Source: Chiloscyllium plagiosum (lineage: Eukaryota). From it: DNA of 64,000 bases. Location: NCBI RefSeq assembly GCF_004010195.1, contig NC_057753.1, positions 2,583,285 to 2,647,284 on the forward strand, read 5' to 3'. Under the pieces are notes generated by a model that was given only the letters and a program-made list of their open reading frames with translations, was not told the DNA's origin and searched no databases. How positions within the stretch are numbered: position 1 is the stretch's first letter; every line of letters starts with the position of its first letter. The translations under genes and the position numbers were made by a program. Shown piece by piece: positions 48,001 to 60,695 of the stretch.

Positions 48001-49110
48001 TGCAACCCATCCTTCATGCACTGGTCCCACCTTCCCCAGAAGCTACCCCAATGACCTAAGTATCTGAAGCCCTCTCTCCTGTACCAGCCCTCTTGCCATG
48101 TGATAAACTGCACTCGCTCCTGATTCCTCACCTCACTAGCACGTGGCACCAGTAGTCATCCTGAGATTACTACTCTGCTCGTCCTGCGTTTTAGCTTCCT
48201 ACCTAACTCCCTGAAATCCCTTTTTAGATCCCTTTTCCGAGCTATGTCATTGGTGCCAATGTGTGCCATGACTTCTGGCTGCTCACCCTCCCACGTCAGA
48301 ATCTCGTAAACTCGTTCAAAGGCATCCCAGACCCGGGCACCTGGGAGGTAATGTACCTTCTGGGATTCCCGTGCGCCACCACAGAATCTCCTATTGGTTC
48401 CTCTAATTGAGTCTCCTGCCTCTAGTGCTTTTCTATTCTTCCCCCCCTTTCCCTTCTGAGCCACAAAGCTAGGCTCAGTGCCAGAGACCTGGCCTTTATG
48501 GCTTTCCCCTGGTAAGACGGTCCTCCCCAACAGTATCCAAAATGGTGTATTTATTATTGAGGGGAACGGCAATAGGGAATCCCTGCACTGTCACTCTGTT
48601 CCCTTTCTGTCCCCATACTGTCCCTGAGGTGAGACGACCTCCCTGTAACTCCACTCCATTACCCCCACGTCTTCTGAATGATCCGAAGTTCACCCAGCTC
48701 CAGCTCCAATTCCCTAACGCCGTTTCTGAAGAGCTGGAGTTGGGTGCGCTTCCCACAGATGACTCAGTGGCGACGCTAGTGGTGACCCTTACCTCACACG
48801 TTGTATGGGAGGAGCACGCAACTGCCCTAACATCCGTTCTGACTGTTCTGAATTCTCAAAGAGACTTTACCGAAAGAATAACCTTACCGAATCGGCACAC
48901 CGAACCTTTTTGTTTTGGTTAGGAGAGGAGGATGGGTGGGAGACACTGCCTAAGTAGTGTTTCAGGTAAAGCAACACTTTAATATATAACTTCATTTACT
49001 CAGCAGTCCTCTGTCCGCTCCTGCTCAGCGTGCACTCCACCCATTCATGAGATAAGTTATTAAAGGATTCATTCACCTTGCCAGCAACCTCCTGGTCCTC
49101 ACCCCCACCC
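45047..49110 (-). mobile_element. Near full-length decayed CR1 LINE
   Basis: ORF1 start DVRAVACSS (~48835), esterase AGDSIRGT..HIGTND..DGLHLNWRGT, EN CFNARSVRNK..GDFNFP, RT YMDFSKAF, 3' tail at ~45050. Confidence 0.92.
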
Positions 49111-49233
49111 TCCCCTTTGGAGGAATCTGTAAGCATTTATCGTCCATTTTTCCAAATACTGGCCTCCCCTGTGATTGTGTTTTTGTGGGTTCTCTCTGAC
49201 TCCCCTTCTCTGTTTTTTAAGTCAGTTTCACAG

Positions 49234-50349
49234 GGTCTGAAAAAGATCTCCGTGCAGGGAACTCCAAGGAAAGACTGCATCGGGTTCTAACATAATTGTC
49301 GTAATCCGAAATACCATCGGATTGTGGCCATGGAAGTTCTCAGTGGAGAGAAACTGCACACGTGTTCTGTGTGTGGACGAAGTTTCAGCCGATCAGCCGG
49401 TCTGTCAAGACACAAATGCACTGACAATTGTGAGAAACCGTGGGAATGTGGGGACTGTGGGAATAGATTCAAGTGCCCATCTGAACTGGAAACTCACCGT
49501 CGCAGTCACACTGGGGAGAGGCCGTTCACCTGCTCTGACTGTGGCAAGGAGTTAATCAATTCATCCAATCTGTTTAAACACCGGCAGGTTCACACTGGGG
49601 AAGGACTGTTCACTTGCTCCAGTTGTGAGAAGGGATTCACTTCGTCCTCTGGCCTGCTGACACACTAACGTGTTCACACTGACGAGAAACCTTTCGAATG
49701 CTCAAGTTGTGGGAAGTGCTACAAAAACTCCTGGGAACTGATCTCCCACCAACGTGTTCACACTGACGAGAGGCCGTTTAGCTGCTCGTGCTGCGGAACT
49801 GGGTTCAAGACGTCATCGGACCTCACTGTACACCGGAGAGAGGCCTTTCACCTGTCTGCAGTGTGGGATGAAGTTCACCCGGTCATCTAACCTGCGGAGA
49901 CACCAGCGCGTGCACTCTGGTGACCGGCCGTTCACCTGCACCCAGTATGGGAAGGGATTCACTCATTCGTCCAACATGCTGACACACCAAAGAACTCATA
50001 CCGGAGAGAGGCCAAACTCCTGCTCTGAGTGTGGGAAGGCTTTCGCCCAGTTGGTAGCTTACTGAAACACCACAGCGTTCACACTGGAGAGAGGTTGTTC
50101 ACCTGTTCCAAATGTGGGAAGGGATTCACTCAGTCATCCCACATGCTTGCACATCAGCGGGTTCACACCGGGGAGAGACCATTCACGTGTCTTGAGTGTG
50201 GGAAGGGATTCACCCAGCCATGCATCCTCCTGAAACACCAGCAAATCCACACTGGGGAGAGACCGTTCTCCTGTTCGCAGTGTGGGAAGAGGTTCACTCG
50301 GACATCCCATCTACTCCAACATAAGCAAATTCACAACTTACAACAGTGA
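49234..50349 (+). pseudogene. C2H2 (Kruppel-type) zinc-finger array pseudogene, ~12 fingers
   Basis: Acceptor gtcagtttcaCAG|G at 49233; repeated CxxC..H-xxx-H fingers with TGERPF linkers. Lesions: premature TAA at 49666-49668, a frameshifting deletion at ~49833, a frameshift at ~50058, and a Cys->Tyr loss (CTQYGK). Ends TGA at 50349; AATAAA at 50461. Confidence 0.9.
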
Positions 50350-50542
50350 TTTTTATTTGTGCTAATCACATTCAAGACTGAATGATAGACTTTGATTTGT
50401 CTCTGCTGATATTAGCAACTCCAAATGAGTTATAGTGTATAATATTTTCGCTCAAATTTAAATAAATCGGCTATATGTTCAACATATTGAGTGTTGAATG
50501 TTTATAATATCACAAACTTAGGTTACTTCCTTTTGAAGTGCG

Positions 50543-50615
50543 CTCCCTGTCCCCTGTCTCTCCCTGTCCCCTGTCTCTCCCTGTCCCCTGTCTCTCCCTG
50601 TCCCCTGTCTCTCCC
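50543..50615. repeat. 17-bp minisatellite (ctccctgtcccctgtct) x4
   Basis: Directly visible tandem copies. Confidence 0.9.
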
Positions 50616-50669
50616 ATCCCCACCACCACTAACAAATGTGAGGTATGAACAGAGCTTCTTTGATATTGT

Positions 50670-51070
50670 CTCATAGAGATGTACAGCACGGAAACAGGTC
50701 CTTCGGTTCAACCCAACCAATTATCCTAAATTAATCTAGTCCTATTTGCCAGCATTTGGCCTATATCCTTATAAACCCTTCCTATACAACTCCCCATCCA
50801 GATGCCTTTCAAATTTAAGTGTACCAGCCTCCACCACTTCCTCTGGTAGCTCATTCCATACACTCGCCACACTCTGTGTGAAGCAGTTGTCCCTCAGGTC
50901 CATTTTAAATCTTTCCCCTCTCTTGCTAAACCACACCTCCAAATTTGGACTCCCCTATGTTGGGGAGAAGGCCTTGTCTATTTAACCAATCCATGCCCCT
51001 CTTGATTTTATAATCCTCTGTAGGGACATCCCTCAGCCTCTGGTGCTCCAGGGAAAATAACCCCAGCTTA
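50670..51070 (-). mobile_element. CR1 3' fragment
   Basis: catagagatgtacagcacggaaacagg..gtaccagcctccaccacttcctctgg; same subfamily end as 16640-16945. Confidence 0.85.
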
Positions 51071-52247
51071 TTGATGAAGTAGAGCGGTGGATATGGTGTA
51101 TGAGGATTTTAGCAGGGTGTTTGATAAGGTCCCTGACTTTAGGCTCATTTAAATGGTAAGGAGGCACAGAGTAAGGAAAGTTTGGCTGTCTGGATACAAA
51201 ATTGGCTGGCCCATAGAACACAGAGGGTAGTAGTTAATGGAAAGTGTTCAGCCTGGAGCTCGGTGACCAGGGTATTCCGCAGGGATGTGTACTGGATCCT
51301 CTGTTCTTTGTGATTTTGATAAATGACTTGGATGAAGAAGTGGAAGAGTGCGTTAGTAAGTTTGCCAATTACACGAAGCTTGGTCGAGTGGGGATAGTGT
51401 AGAGGGCTGTTACAGGTTGAAAATTGACATTAACAGCATGCAGAACTGGTTAATGAATGGCAGGTTGAGTACAACCTGGAAAAGAGTGAAGTGATTCATT
51501 TTGGAAGGGATAATTTGAATGCAGAACACAGGAATAAATGTAGGATTCTAGACAGTGTGGAGGAACAGAGGGATGTTGTGGTCCATGTCCATAGATCCCT
51601 CAAAGTTGCCACTCAACTTCATAGTGTTGTTTAGAAGGCGTATGGTGTATTGGCTTTCATTAGCTGGGGGATTGCGTTGAAGAAGCCCAAGGTTATACTG
51701 GAGCTTTGTACAGTTCTGGTTAAACTACACGTGGAATATTGTGTTCAGTTCTGGTCACCTCACTGTAAAAAGGATGTTGAAGCTTTAGAGAGTGTGGAGA
51801 GGAGATTTACCAGGATGCTCCCTGGACTGGAGGGCATGTCTTATGAAGAAAGGTTGAGAGAGCTGAGGCTTTTCTCCCTGGAATGAGGAAGAGTGAGAGG
51901 CGACGTGACAGAGGTGTACAAGATGATGAGAGGTATAGAATTGGCAGAGGCCTTTTTCCGGGGTATCACAAGGGGCATAACTTGAAGGTAATGGAGGAAG
52001 GTCTAGGGGAGATATCAGAAATTGTTTCTTTGCATAGAGAGTGGTGGGTGCATTGAATTCACTGCCAGTAGTGGTGGTAGTAGAGTCAGATACATTAGGG
52101 ATATTTAAGCAACTCTTGTATAGGTGCATGATGTTAGCAAAATGAAGGGTATGTTCGTTAGTTTGATCATAGAGTCAGATAAAAGATTGGCACAACGAGG
52201 GCCGAAGGGCCTGTGCTGTGCTGTGCTGTGCTGTTCTATGTTCTATA
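51071..52247 (+). mobile_element. CR1 RT-to-3' fragment
   Basis: [26 protein letters not shown]; (ctgtg)n and ttctatgttctat tail. Confidence 0.88.
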
Positions 52248-52399
52248 ATCGAACGGATTGAAAAGCATATTAGTCATAATCTAATGGTGGAGCAGACAGA
52301 ATGGACTGAATTTTCTAGTTCTGCTCCTATATCTCATGATCTTATAGCGTAATAATTATCCAATCGACGTCAGAGCCTGTACAGGCAGAACCATTGAAT

Positions 52400-53060
52400 G
52401 GCTTCCTTCTGTGGTCTATCCCGTCATCCCCCATCCATACTTCAGAAAATCAGATCACAATGCTGTGTTCCTCTTCCAAGCTGACAGGTGGAAGCTGATC
52501 CTTCACAGACAGACGTATAATCCTGGTCCTAGGCAGTGGAACAGTGTCTCCAGGACTGCTGGGAATCAGTGGACTGGACCATATTTAAATACTCAGTGAA
52601 AAATCTAGATGAGAGCGCCACCTTTCGCACGGACTTTATCAGCAAGTGTGTGGAGGACTGCATGCCAAAGATATCAATCAAAAATCTTGGATGAATTGGG
52701 AAACTTACTCCCTTCTGAAAACCACACTTGCAGTGTTCAAGTCAGATGACACAGACCTGTACGGAAAATCCAGGAATGACCTCCGCAAAGCCATCAGAGA
52801 TGTTAAGTGGCAGTACCAGACCAAATTAGGTTCACAGAACAACAATCCAGACGCCAACAGACAGTGGCCGGACCTCAACCGTGTAATGGGATACAAAATC
52901 AAGCAGAGCATGATAGTACAAAAAGATACATGCCTCTCTGATGCACTGAACACTTCTCAGCTTCAAGCAAAATGCCAACAGGGTGGGGTCCCCTACCACA
53001 ACACAGCCCCAGGCACAGCTGTTCCTCTGTCCCTCCTGCAGAAATCAGATCATTTGGGGC
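52400..53060 (+). mobile_element. Rex1/Babar LINE fragment (end of endonuclease + linker)
   Basis: PYFRKSDHNAVFL; NQKSWMN..LLK....FKSDD..LYGKSRNDLRKAIRDVKWQYQTKL, characteristic of the Rex1-type ORF. Confidence 0.8.
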
Positions 53061-53099
53061 TGTGTCCACCTGAGCCTATTTCGAAACAGTGTTCTGGCA

Positions 53100-54540
53100 A
53101 AAAGGATAAATAGGGTGGTCACAAGGGCTTTAAACTAGTGAATTGCGGTGGGGGGGGGGGGTGTTAGTGGCGGGTTGAAAGAAAGGGGAAAACGACAGGA
53201 AGTATAATGTTCAATAGAAAAGAAAGCAGCAGGTCAGCACGAGGGCAGGGTAGTTTAACCACATCGTCTTCAATGTAAGAAGTTAAAAGGAATGAAAACG
53301 CAGGAGGTATTATTAATGGAGATGTTCAAATTCAAAAAGGTCTAAAAACTAGCATAAGTGAACTTTACCTGGATGCTCGTCAAATTTGAAACAATGTAGA
53401 CAAGTTAAAGGCATAAATCATTGCAAATGAGTATGTATTAGTAGCCATTATAGCGACATAGATGCAGGATGGTCATGACTGGGAATTAAATATCAGACTA
53501 TTCACAAAGGCAGATAGGAAGGGTAAGGGAGGTGGTGAAAGATGATATAAATTCCATGGTGAATAACGTTGAATTAATTGGTGTGGAAATTAGACATTAG
53601 AGAGTCATAGAGTCATTCTCCGAAGAAAAGGTTACTGATAGGCATAGTTTATTGGCCACCAAATAATAACATCACGTTAGGGCAGGCAATGAACAAAAAT
53701 ATAATCAGTGCCTGTAAAACCGTATGGAAGAAACAGGAGTGCACTTTGTGTCTTTCACTGTGTCTCACACCTGCACACACACACCACGGGTGCTGGGGAA
53801 AAAATAAGCACTACTGCACTTAGGTGGTAGTGTAGGGGTTAAAATAAAAACAAGAAAAAAAAAGAAGATAAACTAGAAAAAAAGAAAAAAACAAGAAACA
53901 AAAGAAGATAAAATAAAATAAAACCGTATGGCAATTAACATGGTGGGGGGGTTATTCTGCATGTCGATTGGTCGAACCAGGTGGTTGAAGGCAGCCTTGA
54001 GGATTGAATGTATCCACGATAGTTTTCTTGAGCAGTAAGCAATGGAACAGACGAGGGAGCAAGCTATCCTAGATCTGGCCCTGTGCAATGAGACAGAAAT
54101 AAGTAATGATGTCATAGTTAGGGATCCTCTTGCAAGGAGCAATCACAGTATGGTTGAATATAGAATATAGATTGAAACTGGTAAGACAAAATCGAATATC
54201 AATGGAATTTTGTCCTTCATTGCTTGAGGGATTGAGCTGAAAGCAAAGAGATTTTGTTACAGTTGTAGAGGGTGTTGGTAAGCCATACCTGGAGTACTGT
54301 GTGCAATTATGGTCTCCTTACTTGAGAAAGGATGTGTTGACACTGGAGGGGTACAGATTAAATTCATCCTGTTGATTCCTGAGTTGAAAGGTTGGCTTTT
54401 GAAGAGAGACTGAGTGACAGAGATTACATTCATTGAAATTTCGAAGAATGAGAGGGTGCTTATAGAAACACATAAAAGTGTGAAGGAAATGCATAAGATT
54501 CAAGCAGGCAGAATGTTTACACTGGTAGGTGAAACTAGAA
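53100..54540 (+). mobile_element. Decayed CR1 fragments (EN and C-terminal parts)
   Basis: ctttacctggatgctcg (YLNAR-like), agctatcctagatctggccctgtgcaatga (AILDL..CN), catacctggagtactgtgtgcaattatggtctcc. Confidence 0.7.
53728..53918 (+). mobile_element. Short poly(A)-tailed retroposon (probable L1/Tx1-type 3' end) with 13-bp TSD
   Basis: TSD taaaaccgtatgg at 53715-53727 and 53919-53931; ~80-nt A-rich tail; 3' stem-loop cactac..gtagtg. Confidence 0.75.
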
Positions 54541-57500
54541 TGATCAAGAAGACACAAAAATACCTCCTCTTCCTCAGGCGTCTGAGAGAATTTATTCTGT
54601 CCATAAGGGCCCTCACCAACTGTTACAGATGAGCAAAGAACAAAGAACGTTTACAGCCAAGAAACAGGCCATTCGGCCCTCCAAGCCTGAGCTGATCCAA
54701 ATCTACTGTCTAAACATGTCGCCCAATTCCTAAACATCTGTATCGCTCTGCTCCCTACCTACTCATGCATCTGTCCAGACACATCTTAAATGAATCCACC
54801 GTGCCTGCCTCTACTACCTCTGCTGGCAATGAGTTCCAGGCAACTACCACCCTTCGTGTAAAGTACTTGCCGCATGTACTCCCTTTAAACTTTTCACCTC
54901 TCACCTTGAAAGCGTGACCTCTCGTTACTGAATCCTTCACCTTGGGAAAAGGCGTATCTCTATCTACCATGTACACCCTTCATGATTTGTAGATCTCAAT
55001 CACGCCCCCCTCAATTTCTTTGTTTCTGATTAAAACGATCCTAACCTACTTAACCTCTCTTCATAACTAGCATCTTCCATACTAGGCAACACCTAGTACA
55101 CCTTCTCTGCACCATCTCCAAAGCGTGCACATTTTATTGGTAATGTGGTGGCCAGAACTGTACACAGTATTCTAAATGTGGCTGAACAAATGTCTTGTAC
55201 AATTTTAACATGATCTGCCATCACTTATACTCAATACCCTGTCTGATGAAGGCAAGTCTACCATATGCCGCCTTGTCCATTCCATCTACCTGTGCAGCCA
55301 CCTTCAGGGTACAATAGACCTCCACTCCCAGATTTCTCTGCTCATCAACTTTTCCCAAGGCACCTCCGTTTACAGTATAATTCGCTCTAGAATTAAACTT
55401 TCCAAATTGCATCACCTCACATTTGTTTGGATTGAACTCTATCTGCCATTTTTCTGCCCAACTCTCCAACCTATCTGTATCTTCCGGTATTCTTTTACAG
55501 TCCCCTATGCTTTATGCTACTCCACCAATCTTCGTGTCATCTGAAAACGTGCTGATCATACCAACAGTGCCCTCTTCCAGATCATTTATGTATATCACAA
55601 ACAACAGTGGCTCCAGCACTGATCCCTGTGGAACACCACTGGTCACCATTTAAAGAAACTCCCTTCAACTACTACTCTCTCTGTATCCTGTTGCTCAACA
55701 AGTTCTTTATCCATCTAGCTGGAACACCCTGCACACGATGTGACTTCATTTCTCTATTAGTTTACCATGAGGAACCTTATCAAATGCCTTACTAAAGTCT
55801 ACAGCCCTTCCTTCATTATCAACTTGGTTACTTCCTCAAAGAACTTTATTAAGTTGGTAAGGCACGATCTTACCCGCACAAATCTATGTTGGCTATCACT
55901 GATAAGCATGTTCTTTTCAAAATATAAATAGATTTTATCCCTCAGTACCTTCTCTAGCAACTTTTCCACCCCTGACGGCAGGCTCATTGGTCTGTAGTTA
56001 CCCAGAATATCCCTACTACACTTCTTGCACAGGGGAACAACGTGAGCAACCCTCCAGTCCTCTGGCACCACACCTGTGCTAAAGGATGTTACAAAGGTAT
56101 CTGTCAGGCCCCTAGCTATTTCTTCTCTTGTCTCCCTCAGCAACCTGGGATCGATCCCATCCGGTCCTGCAGATTTGTCCACCTTAATAACCTCTAGCCT
56201 ACCCAACATATCTTCCTATTAATGTCAACATGATTCAGAGTAATCAAATGTCTATCGCTGATCTCACCATTCATCATGTCCCTCTCATCAGTGAACACTG
56301 ATGCAAAGTAATCATTCAGAATCTCACCCATTTACTCAGGTTCGACACAGAGCCTTCCTTCCTTATCCTTTAGTGGACCAATCCTTTCTCTAGTTACCCG
56401 CTTGCTTCTTATAGAAGAATGAAATACTTTGCGATTCTCCTTAATTCTTCTCACTAAAGCTATTTCATGACCCCTTTTAGCCCGCTTGATTCCTCATTTA
56501 AGAATAGTTCTACTCTCCAGATATTCCTTCAGGGCCCATTATGTTCTTAGTTGCCTGGACCATATGTACGCTTCCCTTTTCACCTTGGCTAGTCGTACGA
56601 TTTCTCCTTTCACCCACAGGAGAAATAGGCTTTTCCTATCCTTTGCTTTCAACGCGACATGCCTATCCTGCACTATCTTTAGCTTATCTTTGAAAGCCTC
56701 CCACACATCAAATGTAGACTTCCCTTCAAATAGCTGTGTTCAATACACATTTCCCAGATCCTGCCTAATGTTGATATAATTGGCCTTGGCCTCGTTTAGT
56801 ACCCTTCCCTCAGGACCACTCTCATCTTTATCTATGAGTATTCTGAAACTTACAGAATTGTGGTCAGTGTTCCCAAAGAAATCCCCCACCGCAACCACTA
56901 CCACCTGGCCTGGCACATTCCCCAATACCAGGTCCTTCCCTCGTCGGAATATTGACATATTGCTCTAGAAAACTCTCCTGGACGCTTCTTACAAATTCAG
57001 ACCTCTGGCACTAAGTGTATCCCAATCAATGTTGGGAAATTAAATCTCCCATTGCCACTGCTCTGTTGCTTTCTACATCTTCCCATAATCTGTTTACCTA
57101 TTTGTTCTACTACCTCACGCTCACTGTTGGGAGGCCTGTAATACAGCCCCAATAATGTAACTGCACCCTTCTTATTTCTCAGCTCCACCCATAATGCCTC
57201 ACTACTCAATCCCTCCATCGTGTCCTCCTTTAGGACAGCTGTGATATTATCCCTGACGAGCAATGCAACTCCTCCCGTCCCCCTTTTACTTCCCTCCCTT
57301 TCCAGTCTGAAGCGTCTATATCCCAGAACATTTAGTTGTCAATCATGTCCTTCCTTCAAGAAAGTCTCTGTGATTGCAATAATGTTCCAGGCACCAATTC
57401 AAGCCCTAGATTCATCTGCCTTACCCATTATACTCCCTGCATTAAAGTGTATGCACTTCAGCCCACCAGTTCTTTTGTGCTCATCTACTCTCTGCCTACT

Positions 57501-58250
57501 TTCCCCCTTATTAATGTGTTCATTCTGCCTATTCTTTCATTTCTATGCTGACGAGCACTGGCACTGGTCGTAATCCCGAGATCACTAATTTTGAGGACCT
57601 CCTTTTTAACTTCTCTCCTAGCTCCCTGAATTCTGCTTTCAGGACCTCATCCCGTTTTTAGTTTTATCGTCGGTGCTTATATGCACCAAGACAACTGGCT
57701 ATTCACCCTCCCCTTTTAGAATGCTCTTCAGCCGATCTGTCGCATCCTTGACCCGAGCACCTGGTTACCTTAGAAATCATTCTGTCTGGGTGCATAACGA
57801 CGTGGTAAAGCAACTTGTCTGGCCAGGACGGTAAGAAACTATAGGAGGTCGTGAGCAGAGTCGAGATAATCACTCAAGCCAACCTTCAATCCATGGACTC
57901 CATTTACCTTTCTTGTAGCAGGTGAAAGGCTGCCAAAATCTCTAAAGATGCATATCACCACAGAAATGCTCTCATACAATCTCTTCCATCAGGCCGAAGA
58001 TGCAGAATCATGAACGCTGGTTGCATTTTCACGAAAAAGCTTCTTCCCTGCCGTTATGAGAGAGATGAATGGTCTCTCAGACTTCAAATATTATGGATGT
58101 CCTATAATGGTGTAATCTGTATGCTTCACTCTGTTCAATTTTTTTTTTACTCGATCTTTATGTCCTTGCTTACTGTAATCTACTTATATTTCTCACAAAG
58201 ATTTCATTGTACTTAGGTACATGCGACTAAACATCAAACCAAATCAATTC
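54540..58250 (+). mobile_element. Rex1/Babar 3' portion split by a CR1 insertion (pieces 54540-54631 and ~57767-58250)
   Basis: KKTQKYLLFLRRLRE..RALTNCYR resumes after the CR1 as TLEIILSGCIT..QD..LPSGRRCR. 3' tail ttcattgtacttaggtacatgcgac..aaatc. Confidence 0.8.
54632..57765 (-). mobile_element. CR1 LINE (ORF1 remnant, EN, RT, 3' tail)
   Basis: LWVELRNKKG..YYRPPN, TDHNSV, NYRPMSL..RSCLTNL, CEVMQFG; (aaagaac)n tail at ~54636. Confidence 0.92.
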
Positions 58251-58399
58251 ATTGTCATCACCAGAATGCTGTCGGGCGTCATAGTCTTTGCCATATTCAG
58301 TGCGCCAACCATTTCTTTGACAGACTTTGGACAACCTGAAAATGAAGGTATTTTAGTCAAAGTAAAATTTCCATTGTTACTTTCACCAGATGGCTTGTG

Positions 58400-58585
58400 A
58401 TGTCACGTGCCAGTCCCACCGAACCTGCACAACCTTGCGGGAGGAAATTGGGGCACCCGGACAAAAGCCATGCAGATTCGGGGTAAATGTGCACACTCCA
58501 TAAACATAAGTGTCCAAGGCTGGAATCAAAACGGGTCCCTAACGCTGTGACGTAACAGTGCTAACCACTGAGCCAGCGTGCCACA
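58400..58585 (-). mobile_element. Decayed tRNA SINE
   Basis: Reverse complement GCTGGCTCAGTGGTTAGCAC..GATTCCAGCCTTGGAC. Confidence 0.7.
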
Positions 58586-59295
58586 AGTTGATTCCATTTG
58601 CCGTGGAACATGGTGAGCTGTTTATCCACTTTAACGTGCTAGTAGAGGCGCTTGCCTCGTGGTACTATCGCTGGACTATTAATTCCCGGTTCCACTCTGA
58701 CATGGCATTTGAATTTGAATTTAATAAAAGTCTGGAATTAAGAGTCTAAGCATAACCGCGGATCCATGTTTCTTTTGGAAATTGTTTGGCAAAATCCGTC
58801 TGTCTCATTAATGTCTTTACGGAAGGAAACTACCATTCTTACTTGTTCTGGCCTAAATGGTTATTAGTATCTGGAAATCCGTCCATCTCTAAAGCAAGCA
58901 TATATATGCAATTGTAATGCATCAAGATGACACCTTCAGCGACGTTGAGCTGCTGTCTGCATGAACAAGACACTAATCTTAGGCGACAACTCATACAATT
59001 CTGTGATGAATTTTCGAGCAAAAAAAAAACAGAAATAGTAAAACTTACAGCAATTCGCTAAGGTCTGAATATGCACATGAATTTGTAATAAAATATTTAT
59101 GAAATTGGAGACTTAAACTTGAAAGAGGACAAAACGAGGATCACATAGATTTAGAACTTTTTCCACAAGCATTAAACAGTCTAGACGATTCGATTGTGTA
59201 TATACATGAATGGGCTCTGATTAAAAGTTGTTAAAATACATTTGCATCGCTCAAAAAAGAGGGTTAGAATAGAGTGGTGCTGGAAAAACATAGCA

Positions 59296-60695
59296 AGCAA
59301 AGAGGGAGTTTGACCCCACCCTACAGCTCACCAAAAGGATAAACATCACACTGAGGAACCTACCAAAAAACGGAGAGATAACCAGGTTTGACCTACAAAG
59401 AATGACACTGAAAGCAACAACACCCCCAGATTCTATGGACCACCTAAAATGCACAAACCAGACATCCCACTCAGACCAATAGTATCACTACTAGGGACAC
59501 CATCACACTAACTGGCTAAAGAACTAGAGCAGAAACTGAAACACCTGATCAGCGGATCCAGACACTCTATACAGTCAACACAGGAATTCTTGGACATCAT
59601 CAGAAATATACACATAGACAAGGAAGAAACTATGGTCTCATTTGTTGTAACGGCACTGTTCACCTCTATCGACAAAACCCTAGCCAGAGAAACAATAGCC
59701 AACCTGCTGGACATACAGAACAGACAACAGGACGGTGAACCTATCAACAAAGACGTCACACTCAAACTACTGGACCTGTGCCTCACAACACACTTCACAT
59801 TCAACAACCAAATATATGAACAAATCAAGGCACACCCATGGGCTCACCCATCTCTGGACTCAGCAGAAGCGGTAATGCAAAGATTAGAACAAACAGTCTT
59901 ACCGCAAATTCAACCCAAACTTTGGGTCAGATATGTAGATGACACCTTTTGTAATCATTAAAAACACAGAAATAGAGAACACACACCGGATCATCAACGC
60001 CANNNNNNNNNNNNNNNNNNNNNNNNNTACACCAGGACTGCAAAAAGAGGAAGAAGAACACCTATACAATGTATTCGCCAAAAACGGATACCCGCGCAAT
60101 TTCATCAACAGATGCCAAAGGGAAAGACAACGGAATGACGACATGCCACAACCAGAAGGACTAGCCACGCTACCATACAACAAGAGCATTTCCGAACTGA
60201 CAGCCAGACTACTGCGACCACTAGGACTCATAACAGCACACAAACCAACAGCCACTCTCAGACAACAACTCACCAGAACGAAGGACCCGATACCCAGCAT
60301 GAGCAAAACCAATGTAGTGCACAAATTCCCATGCAAGGACTGCACAAAACACTACATAGGACAAACAGGAAGACAGCTAACGATCCGCAACCCTGAACAC
60401 CAACCAGCCACGAAACGACACAACCAGCTATCTTTAGTAGCCACACACGCAGATGACAAGCAACATAAATTCGACTGGGACAACACAACTATTATAGGAN
60501 NNNNNNNNNNNNNNNNACCACTGCAGCGGACAGCTGGAACTGACAACCGGAAGCGGCAGATTCAAACCATTATAAATACCGGAGGATCACAGAAGCGCTT
60601 CACAGGAGGCTCCCAAGCACTGAGGATGTCACCTAGACAGGGGACGAAACGTCTGCAACACAAATTCCCAGCTCGGCGAACAAAACCACAACAAC
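59296..60695 (+). mobile_element. Penelope-like element (separate family): RT + GIY-YIG + terminal repeat, inserted into a family-1 PLE terminus; 8-bp TSD
   Basis: PRFYGPPKMHKPDIPLRPIVS, WVRYVDDTF, NGYPRNFI, NVVHKFPCKDCTKHYIGQTGR. TSD acatagca at 59288-59295 and 60696-60703. Contains two N gaps. Confidence 0.92.
60617..60656 (+). ncRNA. Minimal type-I hammerhead ribozyme motif in the PLE terminal repeat
   Basis: GCA-CUGAGGA-U-GUC-A-CC-UAGACAG-GG-GAC-GAAA-CGUC-UGC: stem I GCA/UGC, CUGANGA core, GAAA, GUC cleavage site. Confidence 0.72.

Noticed and set aside
50543..50615. Functional G-quadruplex at the ZF 3' end
   Set aside because: The minus strand has G3/G4 runs, but this is a simple 17-bp minisatellite with no evidence of function.
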